Positions 14,205-25,639 of a stretch of 64,000 bases of DNA are shown piece after piece. Numbering within the stretch: position 1 is the stretch's first letter; the number at the start of each line of letters is the position of its first letter. The DNA is taken from the NCBI GenBank assembly GCA_013265495.1, contig MU059126.1, positions 9,352,349-9,416,348 on the forward strand, written 5' to 3'. The translations under genes were made by a program, and so were the position numbers. Origin of the DNA: Vicugna vicugna. Its lineage: Eukaryota. The notes under the pieces were generated by a model. That model saw only the letters and a program-made list of their open reading frames with translations, did no database searches and had not been told where the DNA came from.

Positions 14205-14415
14205 NNNNNNNNNNNNNNNNNNNNNNNNNNNNNNNNNNNNNNNNNNNNNNNNNNNNNNNNNNNNNNNNNNNNNNNNNNNNNNNNNNNNNNNNNNNNNNNN
14301 NNNNNNNNNNNNNNNNNNNNNNNNNNNNNNNNNNNNNNNNNNNNNNNNNNNATGGCATCGTTGGCTGAGTCTGAAGAAGGAATCCCATTCGGTGTTGGGG
14401 AAGACTTACTTAAAT
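14205..14415 (-). CDS. KBTBD8: KBTBD8 coding exon 2 (N-terminus and start of BTB domain); 3' part lies in an N gap
   Basis: Acceptor tttttctcctag|AT TTA AGT AAG encodes (D)LSKSSPTPNGIPSSDSANDAM. The donor is hidden in the gap 14188-14351. The end at 14205 is inferred from the recalled human exon length (211 nt), which gives a 601-aa protein. Confidence 0.85.
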
Positions 14416-15026
14416 CTAGGAGAAAAATCGTACAAGCACAAAGTTCGCAGCCAGTTTCGGCATCGCCGCGGGTTTTTTTTTTTTTTTTGGTGGGGGGGTG
14501 TTTGTTTCCTTGGCTTGTTTTTTACCCTCCTACAAAAATACGTATATGTATATAGACACCCCCAAATGGGATCGCCAGGTAGGATCTGGGAGAGAGCGAG
14601 CTGCGATGCAAGTTCAAGTACCAGCCTGCTCCTACCGGAGCCCGGCGAGCCCGAAGCCCCGTGCTCGCGGAGGGACCGTGCGGGCAGCGCAGGCGAAGTG
14701 TCTGCGGCGACTCCGCCGACAACGAGAAAGTCCCAGCTTAGAGCCGAGGGCAGGAGCCTCACGAGGAAAGCTCGATGGATGGCGGCCGCCAGTGCCCCTC
14801 AACCGCGTTTGCGAACAGGTCCGAGCGGCGGCGGGTACCCGGCCTCTCCATCCCTGTCTGGCCGGACCGCCCACCTCCCTCCACGCCATTCATCCTCCCT
14901 CCCCTCATCCCAGTCCACCTCTCCATCCTTCTCTCCGGCTCCTCATCGCCACTGCCTCAGCTCGCAGCCTGAGCCTGGTCCCCGGCCCACCTCCCCTCCA
15001 ACATCCCTAGCCACTACATGACCCAC

Positions 15027-15042
15027 CTGCCGACGCGGCCAT
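15027..15042 (-). CDS. KBTBD8: KBTBD8 coding exon 1 (MAASA + first base of D)
   Basis: Minus strand reads GAA ATG GCC GCG TCG GCA G|gtgggt: strong Kozak context (-3 G, +4 G), GT donor at 15026-15025, phase matches exon 2. Confidence 0.93.
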
Positions 15043-15070
15043 TTCTCGACGCGGCCCGGGCTCCAGCTAT

Positions 15071-15088
15071 TTAAAGAGGAAATGTCAT
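15071..15088 (-). promoter_or_regulatory. Upstream ORF ATG ACA TTT CCT CTT TAA (MTFPL*) in the probable 5' UTR
   Basis: Seen directly; it ends 28 nt before the main ATG and has G at -3. It matters only if the TSS lies upstream of 15088. Confidence 0.55.
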
Positions 15089-15220
15089 TTCGCTTCTCTC
15101 TCTCCCGGGTTCCGGCTCTTGTAAGCTGTCTCTAGCCAATGGAATGGCCTATGCATCCGGCTCCGCCCCGAGGCTCCGAACTCCGGGCGCCGATTGGCCA
15201 CAATAAGCGCACAGGCGCCT

Positions 15221-15377
15221 CGGGAAATGTAGTTTTATTGCCCCTGTTCCCGCGTGGTCCGGGCCGGGCGGAGGCTCAAAGCCGGGGTTGCTATTGGCTG
15301 ATTGTGGCGGAGGCGTGGAGCAGAGGGCCCGCCAGCCTGTGTCTGTGCGGCGCGCAGTGCCTGTTGGGAGACGTAGT
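15221..15377 (-). promoter_or_regulatory. Two ACTAYRNNNCCCR (ZNF143/THAP11-type) motifs
   Basis: Minus strand ACTACATTTCCCG (15221-15233) and ACTACGTCTCCCA (15365-15377). Confidence 0.6.
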
Positions 15378-16764
15378 CTTCTGGCGGAGGAGAGCTGTCA
15401 TTCTGAGAGGCTGGGATAGGGAAAGCTCTTGAAGTGCAAATTTCCCCATTTTAGGCCTCTCTCCAGGCCCCCGACTCTTTTTTTTTCTTTTTTCTTTTCC
15501 CCCACCTTGTTCTTCATTTCCTAAACGTCCTGTCCATGATTAGCTTCCAGTATAAAAGGGGAGGTCCCCGTGAAGGCTCCGAAACCAGAAAAATTTGGAA
15601 ATGGACAAGAGGGCTGTTGTCCAGAAATGCGAAGGAAATCTGACACCCCATACCGAAGAAAAATATCAGGAGGCCGAGAAGCGAGCCATCTCTGATGAGT
15701 CACCTGTGACACCCAATTGAAATAGCATCGCCTTGGCTGAGTGCTCCGGTTTCCACAGATTAACTTGGTCTGGTTACAACGGCTGCTCAGGATCTTTAAT
15801 TCCCACTCAATGCCTTGCTTTTCTCGAGCACCCAGAGAACACCTGTTCCACCTTCAAAAGCACAAAAACATTATAAAGGGATTCAACATGCTTTCCTTTT
15901 TGCTTCCGGGGGTTGTGGTACTAAGTAGTCTGAGATTTCCTTTGAAGAAAATACTGGAAAGTGCCCTGAGCCTGTAGCCAGGGACAATAGTTGAATTTCT
16001 GTCTCTTTACTTCTTAATGTGGGACCTCAGATATGACCCTTTAATTCTCGAACACTTAGCTCCTTCACATGTAATGTGTGAATAATAATTCCTATTCTAT
16101 CTGCCTTACAGGCTGCAAGCCTTTTGAAAGAAAGCAGAAATTTTACTGTTAACATGTTTTGATTTTTTTGTCTTGTGTTTCTAGCGTCTAACAGGGTGCC
16201 TGACACATTATAGATACTTAATATTTTGAAAATAAATATAAGACACAAATGAGCTAACATTGGGAATGCTATTTCTAGACATTTAAAATGTAAGGCAGTT
16301 TTTAATCAGTGAATGAGAAGGATTTTTTAGTAGAGATATAGTTAGTCCATGAGCATAGATAGCTTTTCAAAGACTGAAAAGATCAGTTTAATTTCTTGAT
16401 GAAGGATCTGGGAATTTAAGTTGTGACTGAGAAACAGAAAGAATGATGAAGAACAATCCAATTCTAACTACTAGGTTTGCTGAATAATTTAGAACTAAAA
16501 GTATTATCATTGTGTGCAGGTTAACAAGAATTGGTGTTTCCTTGTGGCTGGAATAAGGGGATGTTGATATGAACTTATAAATCATTGCTATGAAAACCCT
16601 ATCTGCACACTTTTGCATGGATGAAATTGATTTAATTTTTGTTACTCAGAACTTTAAATTTCTGTTTTTTATGAGCCCAATGCTGTTACTTTCTACCTTA
16701 CGGAAATAATGGGAGTTTCACCCACAATATTGACAGTATTAAGAAAAAAAATGGCATCAATCCT

Positions 16765-16888
16765 TAGGGTTTCTAGATTTAGCAAAAGAAATACAAGACA
16801 CACAGAACTTGGGACATACTTATAATAAAATGTCACTTGTTATCTGAATCAAATTTAATTGGATATTCTATATTTTACCTGGCCGCCT
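16765..16888 (+). mobile_element. MER53 (hAT), internally deleted
   Basis: tagggtttctagatttagcaaaagaaatac...gggacatacttata...ttttacctggccgcct. Confidence 0.7.
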
Positions 16889-18470
16889 CTTTAAATCTGT
16901 TAAAATAGGGGGAGAGGGTTGCTTGTGTTTTGTTTTTGATAGCCACCTAAGCCTTCAGAAATTGGTCTGCTTTTCTTTTTCATTTAAATCTCACCTAATT
17001 AACAAACAGACTTAGCAATATTGTTTAATTTTTTCAAAGTTTTCTGATTCTCTGATCCACAAGAATTTCTGAATTTGGAGGTGGGCAGAATACAAAGAAC
17101 AAAAGCCAGTCTAAATATAAATAGGAAAAAGGGAAGATTTATAATTACAAGGTTGCCATTTATATGACACTGTGAACAGACTCCATTCTACTGGCCAAAT
17201 GGCATTACATGGTAAAGAGTACATCATCAGAAATACACTTTTTAAAAATACAGAATAAGTGGGAAGTTGTAAAAATTGAGCCAATTGTCCCACACTATTC
17301 ATTCTCAATGATCTGTAAGAATACAAAGGAGATTTTGTTTTGTGGTTGACACTAAATAGCCAAAGACTGCAGCTTTGTTTTCAAATAGCTCTAATTTGAA
17401 ATTTAATAAGATCTTACTGCCAATCTAGAAAGGCAACAGCAAAAGTAAACCAGTTTTTTTCTTTATGCATTAAGTACTGTATTGTACTCTGGAGCAATTT
17501 TCTTCATATAGTTACAGTTTAAAGTAAGTTTTAGTAAGGATGGAAATTGAAAAAACAAACCAGAATATTTGAAGGACCTATATTTAGTTTAAATTAGACA
17601 TTTAGAGCTTCATTATTTTAATACTGATTACCTAGGAACCAGAGGCAAAGAAGATTGCTATAACCATGGTTGCTTGAGAGAAGAAAAGTCTTCACATGTC
17701 AATTTTAACAAAGATGAAGGATTATGAAAGGAGCAAATTTGAAAAATGAGAAAACTTCATAATTGCCTTTTTTTTTCTGCTTTCACTTTAAGAGAATGAC
17801 TTTTAACAATTAATTAGCTGTGCCCAGGCTACTGCCAATAATAATACCATATACATGGTTAATCATATATATTAAAAATGGTTAATCATATATATAATTA
17901 CACATGATATATATGTCATATAATATATAATTAACCATTAATATTTGTTAAGTTGATCATGCTTCACTATTCTACTGCAAGATTGAGTTATTGTACAAAA
18001 CTGGAGACCCTGAATAGAATTACTCTACTAGACCCTTAAGTTATAACAATATTCAAACTTAGAATGATTGGGAAAGCCAAAGCCACTGTCAAAATGTGAG
18101 ACATCAACGCCCTTCCTTGTATGAAGGAAAGCTTATGACCCAAATGGAACTAATAGAAGTAAACAATGATTATTGATTCTTTCTAACCTCAGTCATGATC
18201 CAAAAAATTTTTAAGCTTATGGAATTACTAAAATGGCTAAAGATAAGAAACATCAGTATCTTCAATGTGTGGACTTAGGAACTGAAATTCATGGAGAACA
18301 GGTATCAGGTATTAGGAAAGAAGTGTATTAAACACAGCAGAGAGAATGCGGATGATGAGGAGTGGGTGATACTTTAATCCCTAAAATAATCACGTATTTA
18401 TAAAGGAAATATACTGGCATATCACAGTAATTTCAGAGAGATTTAATTTTTATTTCTGCTTGTTCTACCA

Positions 18471-18690
18471 CAGGATTTCTTAGTCTCAGCACTATTCATA
18501 TTTGCAGCCAGATAAATCTTTGTCTTCGGGTTTGAGGGGAGCTGTCCTGTATCAAATACTACTTAGCAAGCAGCATCCGTGGTCTCTACCCACCAGACAC
18601 CAGTAGCTCCTCCCGCAAGATGTGACAACCAAACATGTCTCCAAAGACTGTCAAGTGTCCCTTAGGGGGAAAATCCCTTGAGAACCCTTG
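18471..18690 (-). mobile_element. MER20 DNA transposon
   Basis: Reverse complement of MER20: gtggtctctacccaccagacaccagtagc...tgtgacaaccaaacatgtctcca. Confidence 0.8.
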
Positions 18691-18799
18691 TTCTACAAAA
18701 AGCTCCTGTCTGTTCTGTTCTCCTCCACGCTTTCCCACTTTGTTAACAGCTCTATTATTGTTTACATCCATCTACTATGTTTATTATTTAAAACTGTTT

Positions 18800-19170
18800 T
18801 TTTTAACAATCCTTTTACATATCCATTGCAAGGACTTGAGTTAATCATTTGTTGTGTTTATAGCACAGTATTATCCTTGGCCCAGGAGCCCCATCTCTCG
18901 TGTCACATCCGTACTACTACCTCTACTCCCTGTTCTCTACTCCCACCCTCTCCTACTTCATACACAACCATTATAATGGTTCCATGTGGATCCCGGGGTG
19001 TAGATCTGTTCTTGTAAAATATGTATTGATGTTTTATGTGCCTTTGTGATTGATATAATGGTACGGTGCTTTGGATCTCTTCGGTTTCTTACTTAGTTCA
19101 CTCTGTACTGTGTTTTTAAGGTCTATGTACATTGCTTTGTGTACATGTGGTCAGTTCTTTTTCCTCTTTA
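18800..19170 (-). mobile_element. Old L1ME-like 3' fragment
   Basis: T-rich degenerate L1 3' UTR-like text. Confidence 0.4.
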
Positions 19171-19264
19171 CATCCTTACCAACTAGTTCACTGATATACG
19201 TTAAGTGCCAGATAAATGTTCACATAACTAATTGCGAAAGCGAATATATCAAATGGTGAATGGA

Positions 19265-19732
19265 TGTAGTTGACAGAATAGGGCTGCCCAAAGATATCCA
19301 TGTCATCATCCCCAGAAACTGTGAATGTATTACCTTAGAAAGCAAAAGAGACTTTGCAGATATGCTTCACTTAAGAATTTTGATAGGGAGATTATCCTGG
19401 ATTACCCAGGTGGACCCAGGGCAATCAAGGGGTCCTGATAGAAGAAGGAAAAAGGGTTGAAGCCAAAAAGAGGAGATGTGATGACAGAAGCAGAGGATGG
19501 GTGATGTGCTTTGAAGATGAGTAAGGAAGCATGAGCCAAGGAATGCAGGTGGCCTCGAGAAGTTAGCAAAGGCAAGGTAATGGATTCCCCTCTAGAGCCT
19601 GCATGAGGAGGGCAGTCCTGCCAGCACTTTGGTTTTAGAATTTCTGACACCTAGGACTGTAAGGTAATTTGTGTTGTGTTCAGCCACAAAGCTTGTGGTA
19701 ATTTGGTAGAGCAGCAATAGGAAAGTAATGCA
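19265..19732 (+). mobile_element. MLT1 (MaLR) solo LTR, MLT1C/D-like, inside an L2 tail
   Basis: TG...CA ends; gattatcctggattacccaggtggaccc and gcagcaataggaaagtaatgca; flanks atgga/gtgga form a 4/5 TSD. Confidence 0.88.
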
Positions 19733-20681
19733 GTGGATGAATTAATGCATGGATAAGTGTGCAAGGCTTTCCAACAGTTGAGCTTTTGGAAACAGCTCTC
19801 CTCTCTCTTCCTGGTCTCTCCATCAAGTGTTTAATATTAATAAACATTGAGAGAATCTCAAAATAAGAAGGACCTCAAATGAGTAATACTTTAAAGGGAA
19901 GACTTGTAAAGGGAAAATTGCAAGGGAAACAATCACCCCAAGTGTGTTAACTGGATGGTCAACCTGACTGCAGTGGGGGCTCACTGAATCATCTTATAAG
20001 AAGAGTGAGCTTCAATTTGGGCAGAACCAGCACAAGGGCTTGAATACCTGGAAGGAATGGTTCTTTGAGGCCGTCTGTGGAGATCAGCTGCTTTACTGGG
20101 TTTCAGTTTTAATAATAAACAGGTTATTCTGATAGAGATGTCAACCCTCATAGCTGTGACAGAAGGTTTTCTATGGATCTGGAACCAAAATTATAACATT
20201 CAGCACATTAGATGTGACACAGAGCCAGAGATGTCTGACTTTCAGTTCTCTTGTATGCCTGACTCAATCTGTAAGAAAGAAATGTATTCACTTAAATATA
20301 ATAGTTTTGGCCAACTCTGTTATCATAATCCATGGAGAAGCAGCAGGTTTTAATGGATCTCACATCATTTCAAATATATGGCTATTTTTTTCCAACCATT
20401 TCTCAAGGTTGCTTTCTTAAAGCACATGTTGCCCTAACTTGTGGGTCATATGTCTCTACACACACAGGGACCTGGTATTCTGGTAAATCAGAGTGAAAAA
20501 TCATTCTTTAAGAGGTAAATTATCATAATCGTCAAGAAGGCCAGGGTGTGAAATCAGACTACCCCAGTTCAAATTCTTGTTGAACCACTTTCTAGCTATG
20601 ACCTAAAACAAACCAATGACTTCTTCATGCCTTTGTTTTCTTGGCTCTAAAATTGGGCTAATAGGAGTATTTACCTCAGAG

Positions 20682-20819
20682 GGAGGGTATAGCTCAGTGG
20701 TAGAGTGCATGCCTAGCATGCACTAGGTCCTGGATTCAGTCCCCAGTACCTCCATTAAAGTAAATAAATAAATAAACCTAGTTACCTCCCCCTAAAATTA
20801 AAAATAAAAGTAAAATGAA
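20682..20819 (+). mobile_element. Camelid tRNA-Ala-derived SINE (Vic-1-like) inserted in a MIR
   Basis: ggagggtatagctcagtggtagagtgcatgcctagcatgcac...ccccagtacctcca plus A-rich tail; 19-bp TSD aggagtattta(c/a)ctcagag at 20663-20681 and 20820-20838. Confidence 0.88.
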
Positions 20820-21224
20820 AGGAGTATTTAACTCAGAGAACTGTTATAAAGAATAAAGGAGATAATTTATGTAGATTTATGTAATTTACGCGAAGTCTTT
20901 AATCCATTTTCAGGCACAAAGACAGAACTCAGTGAATACCAGTTACTAGTAGTAGGACTCTGATAGTAAAGTGAAAATTCAGGTTAATTTTCCAGATAAT
21001 TACTGCGATTAGTTTTGTATTCTTCATGGAATATTAACCAGTTTGCAGCTTAATCAGAGCTAAACTTGATCAGGCACCTGACATGCAGATTTTCCCAGCT
21101 CATTCCGGGGCAGAGGCTCACTGTCAGTGACCCCCAGGCTTCATAAGAGTAAGAGAAGAAGAACCAAGCCACCCATATAGGTGCTCTGAATCCAAGTATC
21201 TGTGCCGTTAAAACCAGCATGTGC

Positions 21225-21640
21225 GCCCTAGAATAGAGCAAAATATGCTGTGGTAACAAACAAGCCAATACTTCCAGTAGTGTAAGTCACCAAAATTTTA
21301 TTTTTCACTCTTGCCTATGTCCAACCCAGTCCAGCAGGAATCTGTAATCAGTAATCTGATTACTCATTGTAGTCACTCAGAGACCCAGACTGATGGAGCA
21401 GCCACCGTCATAAATGGCGATGGTCGCCAAATCAGAAAGCAAGCCAGCATGTGGTGAATTGTGCGCTGGCTCTTAAAGTTTCCATGGGGAGAGACATACA
21501 TCACTTTCATTCCCATTTCATTGACCAATAAAGTCATGTGGCCACTCCTAACTGCAAATAGGACGGGAAGTTCAGTTCTACCGCTCTCAGAAGGAGGAAG
21601 CCCAGAAATATTTAGGAATCAGTGTCAATAACAAACATAC
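21225..21640 (-). mobile_element. Old MLT1 (J/K-like) LTR
   Basis: atgctgtggtaacaaac...aagtcatgtggccactcctaactgcaa, the reverse orientation of MLT1. Confidence 0.65.
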
Positions 21641-21829
21641 CATACAAGGATTAGACATTTTTAGTGATGCAAGAATAAACAAAATCTAGAACCTACTCTC
21701 AGTGACCTGGCAGTTAAGAAGCTATCTGTGCATAAGCACATGTGACTTTAAAGTTAACCAGCAATTGCTAAAGTTTCTTTACGCCAGTCACATGGGAAGA
21801 GTAAACCAAGGCCACCTATTGCCTGGATG

Positions 21830-22021
21830 CTCCACCAGGATGAATTTGACCCCCAGGGGATATTTTTGGTTGTTACATTTTATAGTGTGGATGTTGCTAC
21901 TGGCACCTGGCGCTTAGAGGCCAGGGAGGCTGCTAAATATCCTGTAATTCGCAGGACAGCTCCCCACAGAAAATAATTATCTGACCCCACTATCAGTAGT
22001 GCTTGGGTTGAGAAACTCTGG
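21830..22021 (+). mobile_element. MER20
   Basis: gctactggcacctggcgcttagaggccagggaggctgctaaatatcc...gttgagaaactctg. Confidence 0.8.
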
Positions 22022-23249
22022 GTCATTGTAATTTTTACTTTGTCGCACATACTCCTAAATCCACTGAAATGAAAATTGTGCCTTTGAAGTATCTGCAGTT
22101 GAGACTGTGTACACGAAATCTCGTGCCAGGAAGCCTGAGTGTGCTCCACCATCAAACATTTTATGCTCAGGTATACGGTTCTTTTATTTGGAAGTGTGCA
22201 TCTGGTATATCCATTTTGAGATGCACATAGGAGAGTTAACTGTGTTTTCAGGTTTTTTTCAAAAAGACTTTGAAATTCAAACTTAAAACAATGCTCTTCA
22301 AAACTAACAGTACCACAAATATATTTGACATCTTGATTAAACAAGGTTTAGTTCCAATGGGGGAAGAAAAATCATGGCGTGACATAATTAGATGCTGACC
22401 ATGTATATTAAGATGAGGGCTATGCTGAGAACTTCTTGCCTGGAATACCTTTGTCTAAGAAGAGTCTACTATGATAAGAGCAGTCAGGAAATGATCAATG
22501 GTTAGTGACCAAGGAAAGGGGTGTGGTAAATCTCAGTGGTATTAATTGAGTTTGTGAGACAAACTTTGTCAGACATGAATGCAGAGGAAAGAGAGGTATG
22601 GGGAAGGAATTTGTTATAATATTTCAAGGTTAGAAGCTATAAGTAAACCACAGTGAGGGCATTTTGATCTTCCAGCATCAACTTGTGTTTTCTTTTAAAG
22701 CTGGCAAGATGGCAAGTTTTATCTCATAGTCTAGGCCCTAAGCCTGAGGCTTGCAGAATGTCTCCAGGAGGAATGAGGTGATGCCTGGCAGAAGGATATC
22801 TGTGTGTTGTTAATCTGTGAATCAGAAAGCAACCCCAGGCCCAGCAGTATGTTAATCCTGACACAGAGAGGGAGCCAAGACAATCATTTACAAGAATGCA
22901 CCCAGCTTGGGGTCTCAGAAACAGTTTAAGGAAGCTTCAAGTATGTTAGGAATGTACCAAATCAATAAATAGCTGATTTTTCCACCCTCAGGGGGTTGAA
23001 GCCTGCAGTGTAAATATAATCAAACGCTTTCTTAATTACTCAGGCTACAAAGGGTCAAAGGAGCATGCCTAAACTCAGTTTGGAATTCTTTCATTTCCTG
23101 GGATCCTGCAGTCAGAGGGGAAATTGAATTGCTGTGCAAATTCTTCACTAAGAAGTTGGCCCCTTTCACACCTGTCCTTGGTTTCTTCCTTTTATCCTCA
23201 GAGTTCTTCTCATTAAGTAAATGTTTTTGTTCTAAGAGAAGACGGGTTC

Positions 23250-23450
23250 AAGTCTCTAGGAGTGAAGGGCCATAATTCCTGCAACTTATTTTTCAAATAG
23301 TTTGGCATAAATAAAAAGTATAAAAGTATACACACACAGGACTAAAGCAAAAGTGGCAAAATGTTAACCTTTTGGTGCATCGAAGTGAAGAGTTTCTGGG
23401 AATTTATTCTTCTACTCTTACAGCTTTACACTTTTTCAAATAAAGTATAA
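23250..23450 (+). mobile_element. L1ME 3' end fragment
   Basis: cctgcaacttatttttcaaatag...aaagcaaaagtggcaaaatgttaac. Confidence 0.6.
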
Positions 23451-23903
23451 ACAAGCAAACAAAGAAACCAAAAGTTTCCTTAAAGAAAATGTAGTAGAAG
23501 TAAAATTGTAGCCTGAGTCATTAGGAAAGAGTATTTGGATATGATGGAATGCATTATTTAAATCTTTGTTAAATGAAGGGGATGATTGCTTCTCTCCTCA
23601 GGGTGTTTTTCCATCAGTGATGATGGATGATTCCAGATTTAGCCACACAATGTCAACTGATACTTCTTCTTCCAAAAAAAAAAAAAAAGAAGGAGGGGCA
23701 TAATTAGGATGATGACAATAAAGGTATGCTTTTTTAATAATGATTTAGTGTGAGTTGACTTGGATTCATCAGGACTGGGCTCTAAACTGCTTGGCTAACT
23801 AGTCCCAGATGGTGCTGAGAGAAAAAGTGCTTAATTAGCACTCAGTGCTTATGAGACCTAACAAGTCATTGTTGTGGATTGTACCTTAGACCTGCTTGTT
23901 GAT

Positions 23904-24110
23904 TGCTGTTACGGACTGAACTGTGTCTTCCCAAAATTCCTGTGTCAAAGCCCTTCCCCCCAGTATGATGCTATGTGGAGATGGGGCCTTTGGGAGGTAA
24001 TCAGGTTTGGATGGGTTCATGAGAGTGGTACTCTCGTGATGGATGCCTTTATAAAAAGACACACTAGAGAACTTTCTCTCTCCCCTCGCTCCCCCTATTT
24101 AAGGACACAG
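23904..24110 (+). mobile_element. MLT1A-like LTR, 5' half
   Basis: tgttacggactgaactgtgtcttcccaaaattc...ggggcctttgggaggtaatcagg. Confidence 0.75.
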
Positions 24111-24850
24111 TGACAATGCAAATAAATTCAAAATAATATATAAGTGATAGCACATGCTTATAATTATTCAAAATAACATATGTTACTAATGTGAATGAAT
24201 ATCTGTAGACTTCAGTAATAAAAGAAAGTTAAAACTAAAACTATTATATTACCTGGGGGGAGTGGTGACTTGCATAGAATATTGCACATGTACACACATG
24301 CATATCAGTTAGCTAGTAGAGAAAGGCAGAAACAGTTTCATCTTTTGACTCTTTTGCCATATTACCAAGAAGATGGTGCTAAATAAAATTACAATATAAA
24401 TTAAAGTCAAACCACAAGATTTTAACACTTTCAGTTTCAAAAAACATAACACAGTTTGGCTACATAGAAAGAATAACATTATATGCTAAGTCCCATAAGA
24501 AGGCTCAATATCTTCATGTTATTCTAATTTTCAATTCTCTGCTGATTTCTTTTACTAGAGAAAAAAAAAAGGATTGTTAAAGGTAGTAGCACTAAACATC
24601 TTTCAAAAACAATGGAGAAAATACCTAAATGACTTCTTAAGATGATTTTTGTTATTGTAAGATTCTCCATTTATGACTGAAGTTGTTTTCATGTTATGTT
24701 TTGTGTCACACTGAACAATGCAACTTACCAGTGTATCTTCCAACCTAGTTTCAACCTTCCCAAAGCTGCTATTCTCTAAAGCTGCTATTAAATTGGTCCT
24801 GACTGTACCTAAAGGATAGTGGTCCAAAATGGATGGGTAGATTAGGATAT

Positions 24851-25306
24851 TGTTGACTGAAAAAAATGTGCAATGTGAGGGTTGTGAATTAAGTTTTATG
24901 TGGGCCAAAATAAGGACTATAGCCCAGAAGAAAGCCTCTGGATAGCTCCAAAGAGGTAGGGAAGAAGGTCAGTATATATGTAATTTTGGTGAAGGTGGGT
25001 ATATGAGTCAAGCACACATTTTGGCAGAAGGTTGCTGTTAGTCACAAGGAGCAGATGTCTCTGTTAATGATTTTAGTGCTTTTCTGGATATGAGGAGGTG
25101 CAAACATTTGGGCTCATAAAATCTTCTCCTGGAAAATATCTAGCTATCTGAAGGCCTGGTCTGCCAGTTTTTCCCAGAGCATAGAGTGCCTCATCCCTGA
25201 TCTCTGCCCTGAACTCCTTTCAGGGTGTGTTGAAGGTCAGTGACTACACTAGCCAGTGACTTTGTCCTTTTAGAGGCAGATGGTGAGTGACAATTTTTCA
25301 TCCACA
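24851..25306 (-). mobile_element. ERV1-class solo LTR (456 bp)
   Basis: TG...CA ends with a perfect 4-bp TSD ATAT (24847-24850 and 25307-25310); a 4-bp TSD is typical of class I ERVs. Confidence 0.82.
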
Positions 25307-25493
25307 ATATGAAACTTCTGTTGGATTTTCACTTGCCATACAGCCTAATCAAAGGATTCAGTGAATTTAGGCATAGATTAAAACAAGAACTTTAAACAGT
25401 TTAAACTTTAAATTGAAATATTCTCTCCTATTTTGGCATATTTTGTTACCGAATATTCCCAATGTTTTACCTGACTGAAATATATACATTAAT

Positions 25494-25496
25494 TGT

Positions 25497-25536
<40 letters not shown>
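25494..25536 (+). repeat. (TG)n microsatellite
   Basis: About 20 TG units with one interruption. Confidence 0.95.
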
Positions 25537-25539
<3 letters not shown>

Positions 25540-25639
25540 GTATGTATATTGAATGCTTGAATAGATTTTTAGCAAATACATTTTTAATAAATTTGATTGA
25601 TACATCTTTTGGCCATATTTGTGGGTACATACTAATTAA

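Larger units (their letters stand above)
14460..15400. promoter_or_regulatory. CpG island / KBTBD8 promoter spanning intron 1, exon 1 and upstream region
   Basis: Very high GC and CpG density. CCAAT boxes at 15136-15140, 15193-15197 and 15293-15297; GC boxes near 15161-15169 and 15266-15271. Confidence 0.92.

Noticed and set aside
14068-15021. 317-aa plus-strand ORF and other ORFs across the CpG island
   Set aside because: It spans an N gap, is antisense to KBTBD8 exon 2 and intron 1, and has the low-complexity P/S/R/A content expected from stop-poor GC-rich DNA.
20682-20755. tRNA-Ala-like sequences (also 25.9, 30.9 and 31.4 kb) as functional tRNA genes
   Set aside because: Mismatched stems, A-rich tails and TSDs identify them as SINEs.
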